DNA of 64,000 nt from Escherichia phage vB_EcoM-G3F7: the sequence record MZ234035.1, one strand, 5' to 3'. The position numbers and the translations under genes are program-made. Positions 17,733-27,666 of the stretch are shown piece by piece; the first letter of the stretch is position 1; every line of letters starts with the position of its first letter. Under the pieces are notes generated by a model that worked only from the letters and a program-made list of their open reading frames with translations, did not search any database and was not told where the DNA came from.

Positions 17733-19910
17733 ATGATTATCACCACTGAAAAAGAAACAATTCTTGGTAATGGTTCTAAATCAAAAGCATTTAGCATCAC
17801 AGCATCTCCTAAAGTATTTAAAATTCTATCATCTGATTTGTACACAAACAAGATTCGCGCAGTAGTCCGTGAATTGATTACCAACATGATTGATGCCCAT
17901 GCTCTCAATGGAAATCCTGAAAAATTTATCATTCAAGTTCCTGGACGTTTAGACCCACGATTTGTTTGTCGAGATTTTGGTCCGGGTATGAGTGATTTTG
18001 ATATTCAGGGTGATGATAATTCTCCTGGGTTGTATAATTCATACTTCAGTTCATCTAAAGCTGAATCTAATGACTTTATTGGCGGATTTGGTTTAGGTTC
18101 TAAATCTCCGTTTAGTTATACTGATACGTTTAGTATTACTTCGTATCATAAAGGTGAAATTCGTGGTTATGTAGCTTACATGGATGGTGATGGCCCACAG
18201 ATTAAACCTACATTCGTAAAAGAAATGGGTCCAGATGATAAAACTGGTATTGAAATCGTAGTTCCAGTTGAAGAAAAAGACTTTAGAAACTTTGCTTATG
18301 AAGTTTCTTATATCATGCGACCATTCAAAGATTTGGCTATCATTAATGGTCTTGACCGCGAAATTGATTATTTTCCGGATTTTGATGATTATTACGGCAT
18401 AAATCCAGAAAGATACTGGCCTGATCGTGGTGGATTATATGCTATCTATGGCGGTATTGTTTATCCTATCGATGGTGTTATTAAAGACCGTAACTGGCTA
18501 AGCATTCGTAATGAAGTGAATTACATTAAGTTTCCAATGGGTTCGCTTGATATTGCTCCATCACGCGAAGCTCTTTCACTAGATGATCGTACTCGTAAAA
18601 ATATTATTGAACGAGTTAAAGAACTCAGTGAGAAAGCATTTAATGAAGATGTAAAACGATTTAAAGAATCTACATCTCCTCGTCACACATATCGTGAATT
18701 GATGAAGATGGGATATTCTGCTCGAGATTATATGATTAGTAATTCAGTCAAATTCACGACTAAAAATCTGTCATATAAAAAGATGCAGAGCATGTTTGAA
18801 CCTGACAATAAGTTATGTAATGCAGGAGTTGTGTATGAAGTAAATCTTGATCCTCGACTGAAGCGCATTAAGCAAAGTCATGAAACTTCAGCCGTTGCAT
18901 CAAGTTATCGTCTGTTTGGTATTAATACAACAAAAATTAATATCGTTATTGATAATATTAAAAATCGTGTTAATATTGTTCGTGGATTAGCACGAGCGTT
19001 AGATGATAGTGAATTTAATAACACTTTGAATATTCATCATAATGAGCGTCTTCTGTTTATTAATCCAGAAGTAGAATCGCAGATTGATTTGCTTCCTGAT
19101 ATTATGGCGATGTTTGAAAGTGATGAAGTTAACATTCATTATTTGTCAGAAATTGAAGCTTTAGTTAAAAGCTATATTCCAAAGGTAGTTAAAAGTAAAG
19201 CTCCTCGTCCTAAAGCTGCTACAGCATTTAAGTTTGAAATTAAAGACGGGCGCTGGGAAAAAGAGGAATTATTTACGCTCACATCAGAAGCAGATGAAAT
19301 TACTGGGTATGTAGCGTATATGCATCGTTCTGATATTTTCTCTATGGATGGTACTACATCTCTTTGTCATCCATCTATGAATATTTTGATTCGTATGGCT
19401 AATCTTATTGGCATTAATGAGTTTTATGTTATTCGTCCGCTTTTGCAGAAAAAGGTAAAAGAACTCGGTCAGTGCCAATGTATTTTTGAAACTCTGCGTG
19501 ATTTATATGTAGATGCTTTTGATGATGTAGATTATGATAAGTACGTAGGTTATTCAAGTTCAGCTCAACGATATATTGATAAAATTATCAAGTATCCTGA
19601 ACTAGATTTTATGATGAAGTACTTCAGTACAGATGAAGTTTCTGAAGAATATACACGACTCGCTAATATAGTTAGTTCATTGCGCGGTGTATATTTTAAT
19701 GGTGGAAAAGATACCATCGGTCATGATATCTGGACAGTAACTAATCTTTTTGATGTATTATCAAATAATGCTTCAAAAAACAGTGATAAAATGGTTGCTG
19801 AGTTTACCAAGAAATTCCGTATTGTTTCCGACTTCATCGGATATCGCAACTCTTTAAGTGATGATGAAGTTTCCCAAATCGCTAAAACTATGAAGGCCCT
19901 TGCGGCCTAA
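17733..19910 (+). CDS. rIIA: rIIA membrane-associated protein
   Basis: 725 aa, [20 protein letters not shown]...; matches T4 rIIA as recalled. Confidence 0.93.
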   Translation: MIITTEKETILGNGSKSKAFSITASPKVFKILSSDLYTNKIRAVVRELITNMIDAHALNGNPEKFIIQVPGRLDPRFVCRDFGPGMSDFDIQGDDNSPGLYNSYFSSSKAESNDFIGGFGLGSKSPFSYTDTFSITSYHKGEIRGYVAYMDGDGPQIKPTFVKEMGPDDKTGIEIVVPVEEKDFRNFAYEVSYIMRPFKDLAIINGLDREIDYFPDFDDYYGINPERYWPDRGGLYAIYGGIVYPIDGVIKDRNWLSIRNEVNYIKFPMGSLDIAPSREALSLDDRTRKNIIERVKELSEKAFNEDVKRFKESTSPRHTYRELMKMGYSARDYMISNSVKFTTKNLSYKKMQSMFEPDNKLCNAGVVYEVNLDPRLKRIKQSHETSAVASSYRLFGINTTKINIVIDNIKNRVNIVRGLARALDDSEFNNTLNIHHNERLLFINPEVESQIDLLPDIMAMFESDEVNIHYLSEIEALVKSYIPKVVKSKAPRPKAATAFKFEIKDGRWEKEELFTLTSEADEITGYVAYMHRSDIFSMDGTTSLCHPSMNILIRMANLIGINEFYVIRPLLQKKVKELGQCQCIFETLRDLYVDAFDDVDYDKYVGYSSSAQRYIDKIIKYPELDFMMKYFSTDEVSEEYTRLANIVSSLRGVYFNGGKDTIGHDIWTVTNLFDVLSNNASKNSDKMVAEFTKKFRIVSDFIGYRNSLSDDEVSQIAKTMKALAA

Positions 19911-19921
19911 TAAGGAAAATT

Positions 19922-20860
19922 ATGTACAATATTAAATGCCTGACCAAAAACGAACAAGCTGAAATTGTTAAACTGTATTCAAGTGGTAATTACACCCAGC
20001 AGGAATTGGCTGATTGGCAAGGTGTATCGGTTGACACAATCCGTCGTGTTTTGAAAAATGCTGAAGAAGCAGAACGCTCTAAAGTTACTATTAGCGGTGA
20101 CATTACAGTTAAAGTTAATAGCGATGCAGTTATTGCTCCAGTTGCTAAATCTGACATTATTTGGAATGCATCTAAAAAATTCATTTCAATTACTGTTGAC
20201 GGTGTAACTTATAACGCAACTCCTAATACTCATTCAAACTTCCAGGAAATTCTTAATCTGCTTGTAGCGGATAAGTTGGAAGAAGCGGCACAAAAAATTA
20301 ATGTTCGTCGCGCTGTTGAAAAATATATTTCCGGCGATGTTCGAATTGAAGGTGGAAGCTTATTCTATCAAAATATTGAATTGCGGTCTGGTTTGGTTGA
20401 TCGTATTCTTGATTCGATGGAAAAAGGCGAAAACTTTGAATTTTATTTTCCGTTCTTGAAAAATCTGCTGGAAAACCCAAGCCAGAAAGCGGTATCTCGA
20501 CTCTTTGATTTCTTGGTAGCAAACGATATTGAAATTACAGAAGATGGTTACTTCTATGCTTGGAAAGTAGTTCGTAGCAATTACTTTGATTGTCACTCAA
20601 ACACTTTTGATAACAGTCCTGGTAAAGTAGTTAAAATGCCGCGTACTCGTGTGAATGACGATGATACGCAAACTTGTTCCCGCGGTTTGCATGTATGTTC
20701 TAAATCTTATATTCGTCACTTTGGCAGTTCAACCAGCCGAGTCGTAAAAGTTAAAGTACATCCGCGTGATGTAGTATCAATTCCGATTGATTACAACGAT
20801 GCTAAAATGCGTACCTGCCAATACGAAGTAGTTGAAGACGTTACTGAACAATTTAAATAA
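19922..20860 (+). CDS. rIIB: rIIB protein
   Basis: 312 aa MYNIKCLTKNEQAEIVKLYSSGNYTQQELADWQGVS...; matches T4 rIIB as recalled. Confidence 0.93.
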   Translation: MYNIKCLTKNEQAEIVKLYSSGNYTQQELADWQGVSVDTIRRVLKNAEEAERSKVTISGDITVKVNSDAVIAPVAKSDIIWNASKKFISITVDGVTYNATPNTHSNFQEILNLLVADKLEEAAQKINVRRAVEKYISGDVRIEGGSLFYQNIELRSGLVDRILDSMEKGENFEFYFPFLKNLLENPSQKAVSRLFDFLVANDIEITEDGYFYAWKVVRSNYFDCHSNTFDNSPGKVVKMPRTRVNDDDTQTCSRGLHVCSKSYIRHFGSSTSRVVKVKVHPRDVVSIPIDYNDAKMRTCQYEVVEDVTEQFK

Positions 20861-20874
20861 GGGCTTCGGCCCTT
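20859..20874 (+). terminator. Stem-loop after rIIB
   Basis: AAGGGC-TTCG-GCCCTT; weak T-tract. Confidence 0.4.
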
Positions 20875-20888
20875 AACTAAGGAAAATT

Positions 20889-21083
20889 ATGTTAGGTTAT
20901 CAAGCACGAGTAAAAGAAGAATACGATCAATTAATGCTCAAAATTAATGCACTTAGCAATTTTTTAGAAAGCACAAAGTTTCTAACGGTTAGTGCAGTTG
21001 AGCAAGAATTGCTACTTTCGCAGTTTATCTCAATGAAATCTTACGCAGATTGTTTAGAAAAAAGAATTGCACAATTCAAATAA
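20889..21083 (+). CDS. Hypothetical protein (64 aa)
   Basis: Track ORF with ATG, flanked by two GGGCTTCGGCCC hairpins. Confidence 0.5.
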   Translation: MLGYQARVKEEYDQLMLKINALSNFLESTKFLTVSAVEQELLLSQFISMKSYADCLEKRIAQFK

Positions 21084-21086
21084 AAT

Positions 21087-21108
21087 AAGGGCTTCGGCCC
21101 TTTTGTTT
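21087..21108 (+). terminator. Rho-independent terminator
   Basis: AAGGGC-TTCG-GCCCTT followed by TTTTGTTTT. Confidence 0.5.
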
Positions 21109-21146
21109 TAAGGGAAATTATGATTCCGACATAAAGGAAAGTTTAA

Positions 21147-21704
21147 ATGCAGAAAACGAATCCGGGTTTGCAGAGACTATTTCAGATTCCGTCATTTACC
21201 CTATCGAACAGTGACTTGACTAGTGAAATGAAGGTCAAAATTGCTGATACTGCAAGATACTCTTTAAAACAAAACCCGAACCAGGATAAAGCAGAAGTTA
21301 TCGAAAGATGTCGTATCGCTGTGTACGCAGAGTTTTTTGTGGCAGATTGGCTAAGAGGGTATGTTAACAAAGGCCAAGAGGATGTTAATGACCCGTATAC
21401 ATACGCATGGGATGTACTGGCGCATCCAAAATACTGCGGGCTTCGTGTAGAAGTTAAGACACATCAAACTGACTCACGTTGGATTTCGGTAACAACAGGA
21501 TGCAGCGGAGAGTATCCATATGGTTCTGGAATAAATCTAGGGCCCATTCTAAATCATCAAGTCGCTGACTGTATAATTATATTCAACACTAAAGAAATTC
21601 ATCCAGGTGTCATCCAGTACACTCCGAAGTTCATCGGTGACAGAGAAGACCTTCGTAAGGTTGTAAGAAAAAGCAACTACAATGGATGGTATCTTTCCAT
21701 TTAA
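21147..21704 (+). CDS. denB: Endonuclease IV DenB
   Basis: 185 aa, size and synteny (after rIIB) as in T4. Confidence 0.8.
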   Translation: MQKTNPGLQRLFQIPSFTLSNSDLTSEMKVKIADTARYSLKQNPNQDKAEVIERCRIAVYAEFFVADWLRGYVNKGQEDVNDPYTYAWDVLAHPKYCGLRVEVKTHQTDSRWISVTTGCSGEYPYGSGINLGPILNHQVADCIIIFNTKEIHPGVIQYTPKFIGDREDLRKVVRKSNYNGWYLSI

Positions 21705-21720
21705 AAATTTTCACAAAACG

Positions 21721-21750
21721 GTTTACATACCACAAGGACTGTGGTACTAT
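21721..21750 (+). promoter_or_regulatory. T4-type early promoter (member of repeated promoter cassette)
   Basis: GTTTAC 21721-21726, 18-nt spacer, TACTAT 21745-21750. Confidence 0.5.
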
Positions 21751-21777
21751 ACAACTATCAGCTACGGAGGAGTAAAA

Positions 21778-22041
21778 ATGAAATTTAAATTTTATTACGC
21801 TAAACATAAAATTACCGGTGAATTTATTGCATTTACGACTTCAACTACAGATGAAGGAGATATTTTTACTGCAGTATTTTTATCAAAATGGGAATCAGAT
21901 CAACCTTACTTATCATCACGTGAAGATCTCCAACGATTAGTTAATGGAGAATATAATGATTCATGGTCATATTTAGTCCATGATTGTGTTAAAAAGGCAA
22001 TAAAACAAAAACACTTGGAAATCGTTGAGATTGAACTATGA
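21778..22041 (+). CDS. Hypothetical protein (87 aa)
   Basis: Track ORF 21682..22041 runs through the promoter; ATG 21778 follows GGAGG with 7-nt spacer. Confidence 0.5.
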   Translation: MKFKFYYAKHKITGEFIAFTTSTTDEGDIFTAVFLSKWESDQPYLSSREDLQRLVNGEYNDSWSYLVHDCVKKAIKQKHLEIVEIEL

Positions 22042-22120
22042 GTTCATTATGGTGGTGTTTCGTTTGGTTAATTAGTATTCCATTAATTTGTTTAACATTT
22101 ACTTTTGTGATGAGGTTATT

Positions 22121-22219
22121 ATGAAAATTTTGAATTCTGTGCTTATTGCTTGTGCGTGGTGGGTTGCGCAAGTTTCAGCAGTAGTAGTTGGTATTCACAT
22201 TTATTACGAATATTTTTAA
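22121..22219 (+). CDS. Tiny hydrophobic peptide (32 aa)
   Basis: Hand-translated MKILNSVLIACAWWVAQVSAVVVGIHIYYEYF. Confidence 0.3.
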   Translation: MKILNSVLIACAWWVAQVSAVVVGIHIYYEYF

Positions 22220-22284
22220 AAAAGTTGTTTACAAGACTGTTCTTCCGTGGTATTATTACCCTATCAACTACGGAGGAACAGAAA

Positions 22285-22398
22285 ATGAAAAAGATTGTTA
22301 AAGCTATATGGAATGTAGTTATAATACTAATAGTTTTGAGTATATTCCCAATCGTTTTAATGATTGATGTATTAAACGCTTACTTTGGATTTATGTGA
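22285..22398 (+). CDS. Tiny transmembrane peptide (37 aa)
   Basis: Track ORF 22150..22398 N-terminus overlaps a promoter; ATG 22285 follows GGAGG; MKKIVKAIWNVVIILIVLSIFPIVLMIDVLNAYFGFM. Confidence 0.4.
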   Translation: MKKIVKAIWNVVIILIVLSIFPIVLMIDVLNAYFGFM

Positions 22399-22405
22399 GG
22401 AAAAT

Positions 22406-22603
22406 ATGAAGCGTAAACGCAGTGCTTTTACATTTATTGAATGGTTTTTCGATAATATTTTTCCGGCTTTATTCATTTTCATGCTGATTTTTGCTTTAGG
22501 TTCAGTTGTAGTTGGAATCTATTTGATGACAGTAGTCGGAATTGATATTCATCAAAATGGTTTAAAATCCGTAGTTGAAACAATTTGGAACGGTGTAAAA
22601 TGA
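22406..22603 (+). CDS. Small transmembrane protein (65 aa)
   Basis: Track ORF 22385..22603; ATG 22406 follows GAGGAAAA. Confidence 0.4.
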   Translation: MKRKRSAFTFIEWFFDNIFPALFIFMLIFALGSVVVGIYLMTVVGIDIHQNGLKSVVETIWNGVK

Positions 22604-22710
22604 TGAATTTGCTGAGCGGTTGGTTTTATATTCTTATGTTTTACATTGGCGCAAATTTTCCATATTGGATGGGATGGTCAACAACTGCGTTTGGATTTTA
22701 TACTCCTTGA
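22600..22710 (+). CDS. Tiny hydrophobic peptide (36 aa)
   Basis: Hand-translated MMNLLSGWFYILMFYIGANFPYWMGWSTTAFGFYTP; ATGATGA overlap with upstream stop. Confidence 0.3.
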   Translation: MMNLLSGWFYILMFYIGANFPYWMGWSTTAFGFYTP

Positions 22711-22718
22711 GGTGAATT

Positions 22719-22934
22719 ATGAAAATCTTTAAAGATGTAAAAGTTGGTGAAATTTTCTGTTTAGATAACGGTGATCAGTTAATTCGTATTTCACCTCTTA
22801 AGAGCACTAGCGAGAAACCGACAGTTAACGCTACTTTAGCAAACAATAGTAATGAACGTTTCTGTATTGAAAATGATACTGAAACTTATACCGTAGAAGA
22901 GTTTTGGGAATTGAGCGTCGACTGCGACGATTAA
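22719..22934 (+). CDS. Hypothetical protein (71 aa)
   Basis: Track ORF, ATG after GAGGTG. Confidence 0.45.
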   Translation: MKIFKDVKVGEIFCLDNGDQLIRISPLKSTSEKPTVNATLANNSNERFCIENDTETYTVEEFWELSVDCDD

Positions 22935-22994
22935 TTTAATGGCCGTGTGTATTCATGCGGCCTTGGAGTAGAAAATAATTTAGAGGAAATTAAT

Positions 22995-23453
22995 ATGAAA
23001 TACATGACTGTTACTGATCTGAATAATGCAGGCGCTACCGTTATTGGTACAATCAAGAACGGTGAATGGTTTTTGGGAGTTCCACATAAAGATATTTTAT
23101 CTAAACCTGGATTTTACTTTTTAGTAAGTAAATTAGATGGTCGTCCATTTAGTAATCCATGTGTGTCTGCACGATTTTATGTAGGTAATCAGCGTTCTAA
23201 GCAAGGATTTAGTGCGGTTCTAAGTCATATTCGTCAACGTCGGTCTCAGCTTGCGCGTACTATTGCAAATAACAATGTTCCATACACAGTATTTTATCTG
23301 CCTGCTTCTAAGATGAAACCTCTGACTACGGGATTTGGAAAAGGTCAGTTAGCTTTGGCGTTTATTCGTAATCATCATTCTGAGTATCAAACACTTGAAG
23401 AAATGAACCGTATGTTGGCTGATAACTTTAAATTCGTTTTGCAGGCATATTAA
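22995..23453 (+). CDS. ndd: Nucleoid disruption protein Ndd
   Basis: Track ORF 22947..23453; from ATG 22995 the sequence [18 protein letters not shown]... matches T4 Ndd as recalled. Confidence 0.85.
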   Translation: MKYMTVTDLNNAGATVIGTIKNGEWFLGVPHKDILSKPGFYFLVSKLDGRPFSNPCVSARFYVGNQRSKQGFSAVLSHIRQRRSQLARTIANNNVPYTVFYLPASKMKPLTTGFGKGQLALAFIRNHHSEYQTLEEMNRMLADNFKFVLQAY

Positions 23454-23533
23454 TGAGTAATTTCCACAACGAACATGTGATGCAGTTCTATCGTAATAAT
23501 TTTAAAACTAAAGGCGTCTTCGGACGCCAGTGA
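23453..23533 (+). CDS. stp: Stp peptide (26 aa), activator of the host PrrC anticodon nuclease system
   Basis: Hand-translated [26 protein letters not shown], identical to T4 Stp as I recall it; TAATG overlap with ndd stop; contains GGCGTC-TTCG-GACGCC hairpin. Confidence 0.8.
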   Translation: MSNFHNEHVMQFYRNNFKTKGVFGRQ

Positions 23534-23540
23534 GGAAAAT

Positions 23541-23699
23541 ATAAATATTGCAAAATTATTAGGAGTTATTTCATTTATTTGTTGGATAGTAGCATGTGTT
23601 TTAACTATCTGTATTGATGTCAGCAGTGTGTTTTCGCAAGCTTTAGCTCAGGGTATGTGTGCATATTTAACATTTGTGTTGTTATCTACTAATGATTAA
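23541..23699 (+). CDS. ac: ac-like small membrane protein ORF without an in-frame AUG at its 5' end
   Basis: 52-codon hydrophobic frame INIAKLLGVISFICWIVACVLTICIDVSS...LSTND after GAGGA; possible AUA/AUU initiation or an inactivated gene; position between stp and 52 as T4 ac. Confidence 0.3.
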   Translation: MNIAKLLGVISFICWIVACVLTICIDVSSVFSQALAQGMCAYLTFVLLSTND

Positions 23700-23832
23700 G
23701 AAAATCTTGGGCTATTCATTAGCCCTTGCTATTTTATTGATAGCATTATATTACGGAATAATGTTCGGATTAATTCAAGTCGTGCTTTTCATTTCTGATG
23801 TTATTATGGCACTACATTCACTAGTATGGTAA
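23692..23832 (+). CDS. Small membrane protein (46 aa)
   Basis: Hand-translated MIKKILGYSLALAILLIALYYGIMFGLIQVVLFISDVIMALHSLVW; ends 4 nt before gene 52. Confidence 0.4.
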   Translation: MIKKILGYSLALAILLIALYYGIMFGLIQVVLFISDVIMALHSLVW

Positions 23833-23836
23833 ATTT

Positions 23837-25165
23837 ATGCAACTGAATAATCGTGATTTAAAAAGTATCATTGATAATGAAGCATTGGCTTATGCTATGT
23901 ACACGGTTGAAAATCGTGCCATTCCAAATATGATTGACGGATTTAAGCCAGTTCAACGATTTGTTATTGCTCGAGCTCTTGATTTGGCACGAGGAAATAA
24001 AGATAAGTTTCACAAACTCGCTTCTATCGCAGGCGGTGTAGCGGACCTTGGATATCATCATGGTGAAAACTCTGCGCAAGACGCAGGTGCTTTGATGGCT
24101 AACACTTGGAATAATAACTTTCCTCTGTTAGACGGTCAAGGAAACTTTGGTTCTCGTACTGTCCAAAAGGCAGCAGCAAGTCGTTATATTTTTGCTCGTG
24201 TAAGTAAAAATTTCTATAACGTATATAAAGATACTGAATATGCTCCAGTACATCAAGATAAAGAACACATTCCGCCTGCTTTCTATTTGCCTATTATTCC
24301 TACTGTTCTTCTTAATGGCGTTTCCGGTATTGCAACTGGTTATGCAACTTACATTCTTCCTCATAGTGTTTCTTCTGTCAAGAAAGCTGTACTGCAAGCT
24401 CTTCAAGGAAAGAAAGTAACTAAACCGAAGGTAGAATTCCCAGAATTTCGTGGTGAAGTCGTTGAAATTGATGGGCAATATGAAATTCGTGGAACATATA
24501 AGTTTACTTCACGAACTCAAATGCATATCACTGAGATTCCATATAAGTATGATCGTGAAACTTATGTGAGTAAAATCTTAGACCCGCTTGAAGATAAAGG
24601 CTTCATTACATGGGATGATGCTTGTGGTGAGCATGGCTTTGGCTTCAAAGTTAAATTCCGAAAAGAATACTCTTTGAGCGATAATGAAGAAGAACGCCAT
24701 GCAAAAATTATGAAAGACTTCGGGTTGATTGAGCGTCGTTCCCAGAATATTACCGTCATTAATGAGAAAGGAAAGCTGCAAGTTTACGATAATGTAGTTG
24801 ATTTAATCAAAGACTTCGTTGAAGTTCGTAAAACTTATGTCCAAAAACGAATTGATAACAAAATCAAAGAAACTGAATCAGCATTTCGTTTAGCTTTTGC
24901 CAAGGCACATTTCATTAAGAAAGTAATTTCAGGTGAAATTGTTGTACAAGGTAAAACTCGCAAAGAACTGACCGAAGAACTTTCTAAAATTGATATGTAT
25001 TCTTCTTATGTTGATAAACTAGTTGGAATGAACATTTTTCATATGACTTCCGACGAAGCAAAGAAACTTGCTGAAGAAGCTAAAGCCAAAAAAGAAGAAA
25101 ACGAATATTGGAAAACTACTGATGTAGTTACAGAATACACCAAAGATTTAGAGGAAATCAAATGA
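23837..25165 (+). CDS. 52: DNA topoisomerase II medium subunit gp52 (GyrA-like)
   Basis: 442 aa; matches T4 gp52 as recalled. Confidence 0.93.
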   Translation: MQLNNRDLKSIIDNEALAYAMYTVENRAIPNMIDGFKPVQRFVIARALDLARGNKDKFHKLASIAGGVADLGYHHGENSAQDAGALMANTWNNNFPLLDGQGNFGSRTVQKAAASRYIFARVSKNFYNVYKDTEYAPVHQDKEHIPPAFYLPIIPTVLLNGVSGIATGYATYILPHSVSSVKKAVLQALQGKKVTKPKVEFPEFRGEVVEIDGQYEIRGTYKFTSRTQMHITEIPYKYDRETYVSKILDPLEDKGFITWDDACGEHGFGFKVKFRKEYSLSDNEEERHAKIMKDFGLIERRSQNITVINEKGKLQVYDNVVDLIKDFVEVRKTYVQKRIDNKIKETESAFRLAFAKAHFIKKVISGEIVVQGKTRKELTEELSKIDMYSSYVDKLVGMNIFHMTSDEAKKLAEEAKAKKEENEYWKTTDVVTEYTKDLEEIK

Positions 25166-25311
25166 GTCCATTCATTGGTATCACAAGCGCTGCATTAGTA
25201 TCTGGTGGCATTTTACTGGCGGGTTTAGGTGTTGTTCCTGCCGTAGCAGGAGGTCTTCTTGCGTTCGGAATTCAACGTGTTATCATGACAGTTATCACAG
25301 TCATGCAGTAA
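25162..25311 (+). CDS. Small membrane protein (49 aa)
   Basis: Hand-translated MSPFIGITSAALVSGGILLAGLGVVPAVAGGLLAFGIQRVIMTVITVMQ; ATGA overlap with gene 52 stop. Confidence 0.4.
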   Translation: MSPFIGITSAALVSGGILLAGLGVVPAVAGGLLAFGIQRVIMTVITVMQ

Positions 25312-25316
25312 TTTTA

Positions 25317-25341
25317 GGGAGAGCCTCGGCTCTCCCTTTTT
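25317..25341 (+). terminator. Rho-independent terminator
   Basis: GGGAGAG...CTCTCCC stem-loop followed by TTTTT. Confidence 0.55.
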
Positions 25342-25366
25342 ATTTCAAAAATTTTTTCACAAAACG

Positions 25367-25396
25367 GTTTACAACCAAAGCATACTGTGGTACTAT
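25367..25396 (+). promoter_or_regulatory. T4-type early promoter (repeated cassette)
   Basis: GTTTAC 25367-25372, 18-nt spacer, TACTAT 25391-25396; cassette shared with 42716-42769. Confidence 0.5.
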
Positions 25397-25445
25397 ACAA
25401 CTATCAAATAAATGAACTGAAACAAACAACCCGGAGATACAAAAA

Positions 25446-25673
25446 ATGAAATTTAAAATCGAAAACGAAATCGTTAAAGCTAAAAATGCTCTGACTGCTA
25501 ACAAACTGGTTGTAGATGGTATTGAATATGATATCTGTGGAGTTCGTGAAGAAAAACCTGGTGTTCTGACTTTCTTCACAATGATTTTTAAATTTAAAGG
25601 TGACACAGAATTCAAACAGTTTGATTTTGCCCATGAAGACGAAATCGAAGTTCGTAATCTGAACATTAAGTAA
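25446..25673 (+). CDS. Hypothetical protein (75 aa)
   Basis: Track ORF, ATG start after promoter. Confidence 0.5.
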   Translation: MKFKIENEIVKAKNALTANKLVVDGIEYDICGVREEKPGVLTFFTMIFKFKGDTEFKQFDFAHEDEIEVRNLNIK

Positions 25674-25778
25674 GTACTTTATTAGAGCTCTTGAAAAAGA
25701 GTGCAAAAAAGTGTTTACTTCTGCTTTAAACATGATACTATAGACCTATCAAATAAATGAACTGAAACGGAGATTAAA

Positions 25779-26414
25779 ATGTCTAAAGTAACTTACATCA
25801 TCAAAGCTTCTAACGATATTCTGAATGAAAAAACTGCTGCGATTTTAATTACCATTGCTAAGAAAGATTTCATTACAGCTGCAGAAGTTCGTGAGGTGCA
25901 TCCAGATTTAGGCAATGCAGTAGTTAATAGTAATATTGGGGTATTGATTAAAAAAGGCCTGGTGGAGAAATCTGGTGATGGATTAATCATTACTGGTGAA
26001 GCTCAGGATATTATTTCAAATGCAGCAACTTTATACGCACAGGAAAACGCTCCGGAACTGCTGAAAAAACGAGCAACTCGTAAAGCTCGCGAAATTACTT
26101 CTGATATGGAAGAAGATAAAGACTTCATGTTAAAACTTTTAGATGAAAATGGATTTGTTCTTAAAAAGGTTGAAACTTACCGCAGTAACTATCTCGCTAT
26201 TTTAGAAAAACGCACTCACGGAATTCGTAATTTTGAAATTAACAACAATGGAAATATGCGAATTTTTGGATACAAAATGATGGAACATCATATTCAGAAA
26301 TTTACTGACATCGGAATGTCATGTAAAATCGCTAAAAACGGTAATGTGTATCTTGACATTAAACGTTCGGCAGAAAACATTGAAGCTGTAATCACTGTAG
26401 CATCTGAACTGTGA
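25779..26414 (+). CDS. motA: MotA, activator of middle transcription
   Basis: 211 aa MSKVTYIIKASNDILNEKTAAILITIAKKDFITAAEVREVHPDLGNAVV...; matches T4 MotA as recalled. Confidence 0.9.
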   Translation: MSKVTYIIKASNDILNEKTAAILITIAKKDFITAAEVREVHPDLGNAVVNSNIGVLIKKGLVEKSGDGLIITGEAQDIISNAATLYAQENAPELLKKRATRKAREITSDMEEDKDFMLKLLDENGFVLKKVETYRSNYLAILEKRTHGIRNFEINNNGNMRIFGYKMMEHHIQKFTDIGMSCKIAKNGNVYLDIKRSAENIEAVITVASEL

Positions 26415-26424
26415 GGAATAAATA

Positions 26425-26754
26425 ATGAACAAGTTAGAAATTGTCAATGAACTTCGTCGTTGTGTAGAACCTACTCAAGAGGGTTGGGACATCTGGTACC
26501 ATGGAGCTTATCTTGGAACTATCGTAAAGATTAAGACTGGCAAATACATGATTATTCGTGAAAGTAAAGATGCTCCAGTAGGTATTCGCAATAATTTCAT
26601 GGCAGCTATAAGTTCCTTTATGGATTCAGCTTACGAAATTTACCTTGCTGATTATAAAGAATTCCATGAATCTCAACCAGTTATTCGCTCAATTGGTGTT
26701 AACAAAGCTCAACAGAAAACTTTATGGCAACGTATTAAAGGATGGTTTAAATGA
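26425..26754 (+). CDS. Hypothetical protein (109 aa)
   Basis: Track ORF, ATG after GAGGA. Confidence 0.5.
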   Translation: MNKLEIVNELRRCVEPTQEGWDIWYHGAYLGTIVKIKTGKYMIIRESKDAPVGIRNNFMAAISSFMDSAYEIYLADYKEFHESQPVIRSIGVNKAQQKTLWQRIKGWFK

Positions 26755-26906
26755 AAACATTTAAAATTGTCGTAGAATTTTATAACGGCGAAGGTGTAGT
26801 CCATCTTAAAGCGGCCAACCAGTTTGATGCGGTAAGAGTATATTGTCAATGCTTTGAAAGTTCTAAACAAGCTATAAAAATTAAAAGTGTTGAGGAAACC
26901 AAATGA
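26751..26906 (+). CDS. Hypothetical small protein (51 aa)
   Basis: Hand-translated [51 protein letters not shown]; ATGA overlaps at both ends. Confidence 0.35.
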   Translation: MKTFKIVVEFYNGEGVVHLKAANQFDAVRVYCQCFESSKQAIKIKSVEETK

Positions 26907-27370
26907 AAACCTTCAAAGAGCGTCTTGAATTATTAGACCTGGCTTTATTACGTGAAACTCCAGAAAGTCTAGCAGCTAAATTACAGGCCTATGGCGACTA
27001 CACCGAATATACGGAAGAGGATGTTTTAGAAGAGGTTCCTGAAATCTGTTGGCAAGTAGCTCATTGGAACAATAATGAAAAATATCAACGTCGAATTGTG
27101 TGTGCAGCCAACCGCTTTAAGTTAAAAGATGGTGGGACTCTGGTTATTCCTGGTGCTCGTCATTATTCTAAAGATATGGCTGAAGTTCTTGACCAGGTAA
27201 GTGATAAACTTGTATCAGACCATGTTTGTGGTGAAGACCAAGGATTTATTGACCAGTATAGCAATTACTGGACACGTGAAGAAGCAATGATTATTGCAAC
27301 TTACGCTGGACAAGTGCGTATTGAACGTGGTGGTAGTGAAAAAGAACTTTACTCTGAGGACCTTTACTAA
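26903..27370 (+). CDS. Hypothetical protein (155 aa)
   Basis: Track ORF, ATG after GAGGAAA. Confidence 0.5.
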   Translation: MKTFKERLELLDLALLRETPESLAAKLQAYGDYTEYTEEDVLEEVPEICWQVAHWNNNEKYQRRIVCAANRFKLKDGGTLVIPGARHYSKDMAEVLDQVSDKLVSDHVCGEDQGFIDQYSNYWTREEAMIIATYAGQVRIERGGSEKELYSEDLY

Positions 27371-27666
27371 TGAATATTAAAAAGTTTCAAATTGATGGAA
27401 TTAAGAATCAAATCCAGGCGTTGGAATATGCCAATAAAATGATGTCAACTAATTGGGGAATTTATACAAATGAACCGGCATTTCAGTTCTGTGATATGGA
27501 ATTCACTAAAAAGCTCGTAGGAAAAGATTATGTATGCCCATTTAGTTTTCCGGTAAATGGAATGCTAAAACCTGCTTTACGCGATCTTTATATTGCGATG
27601 AACGAAGAAATGATAAAAGAATTAAAACGTCAACTGAAGGTGATTCAATTTGGCCAGGGAAATTAA
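27370..27666 (+). CDS. Hypothetical protein (98 aa)
   Basis: Track ORF, TAATG overlap. Confidence 0.5.
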   Translation: MNIKKFQIDGIKNQIQALEYANKMMSTNWGIYTNEPAFQFCDMEFTKKLVGKDYVCPFSFPVNGMLKPALRDLYIAMNEEMIKELKRQLKVIQFGQGN

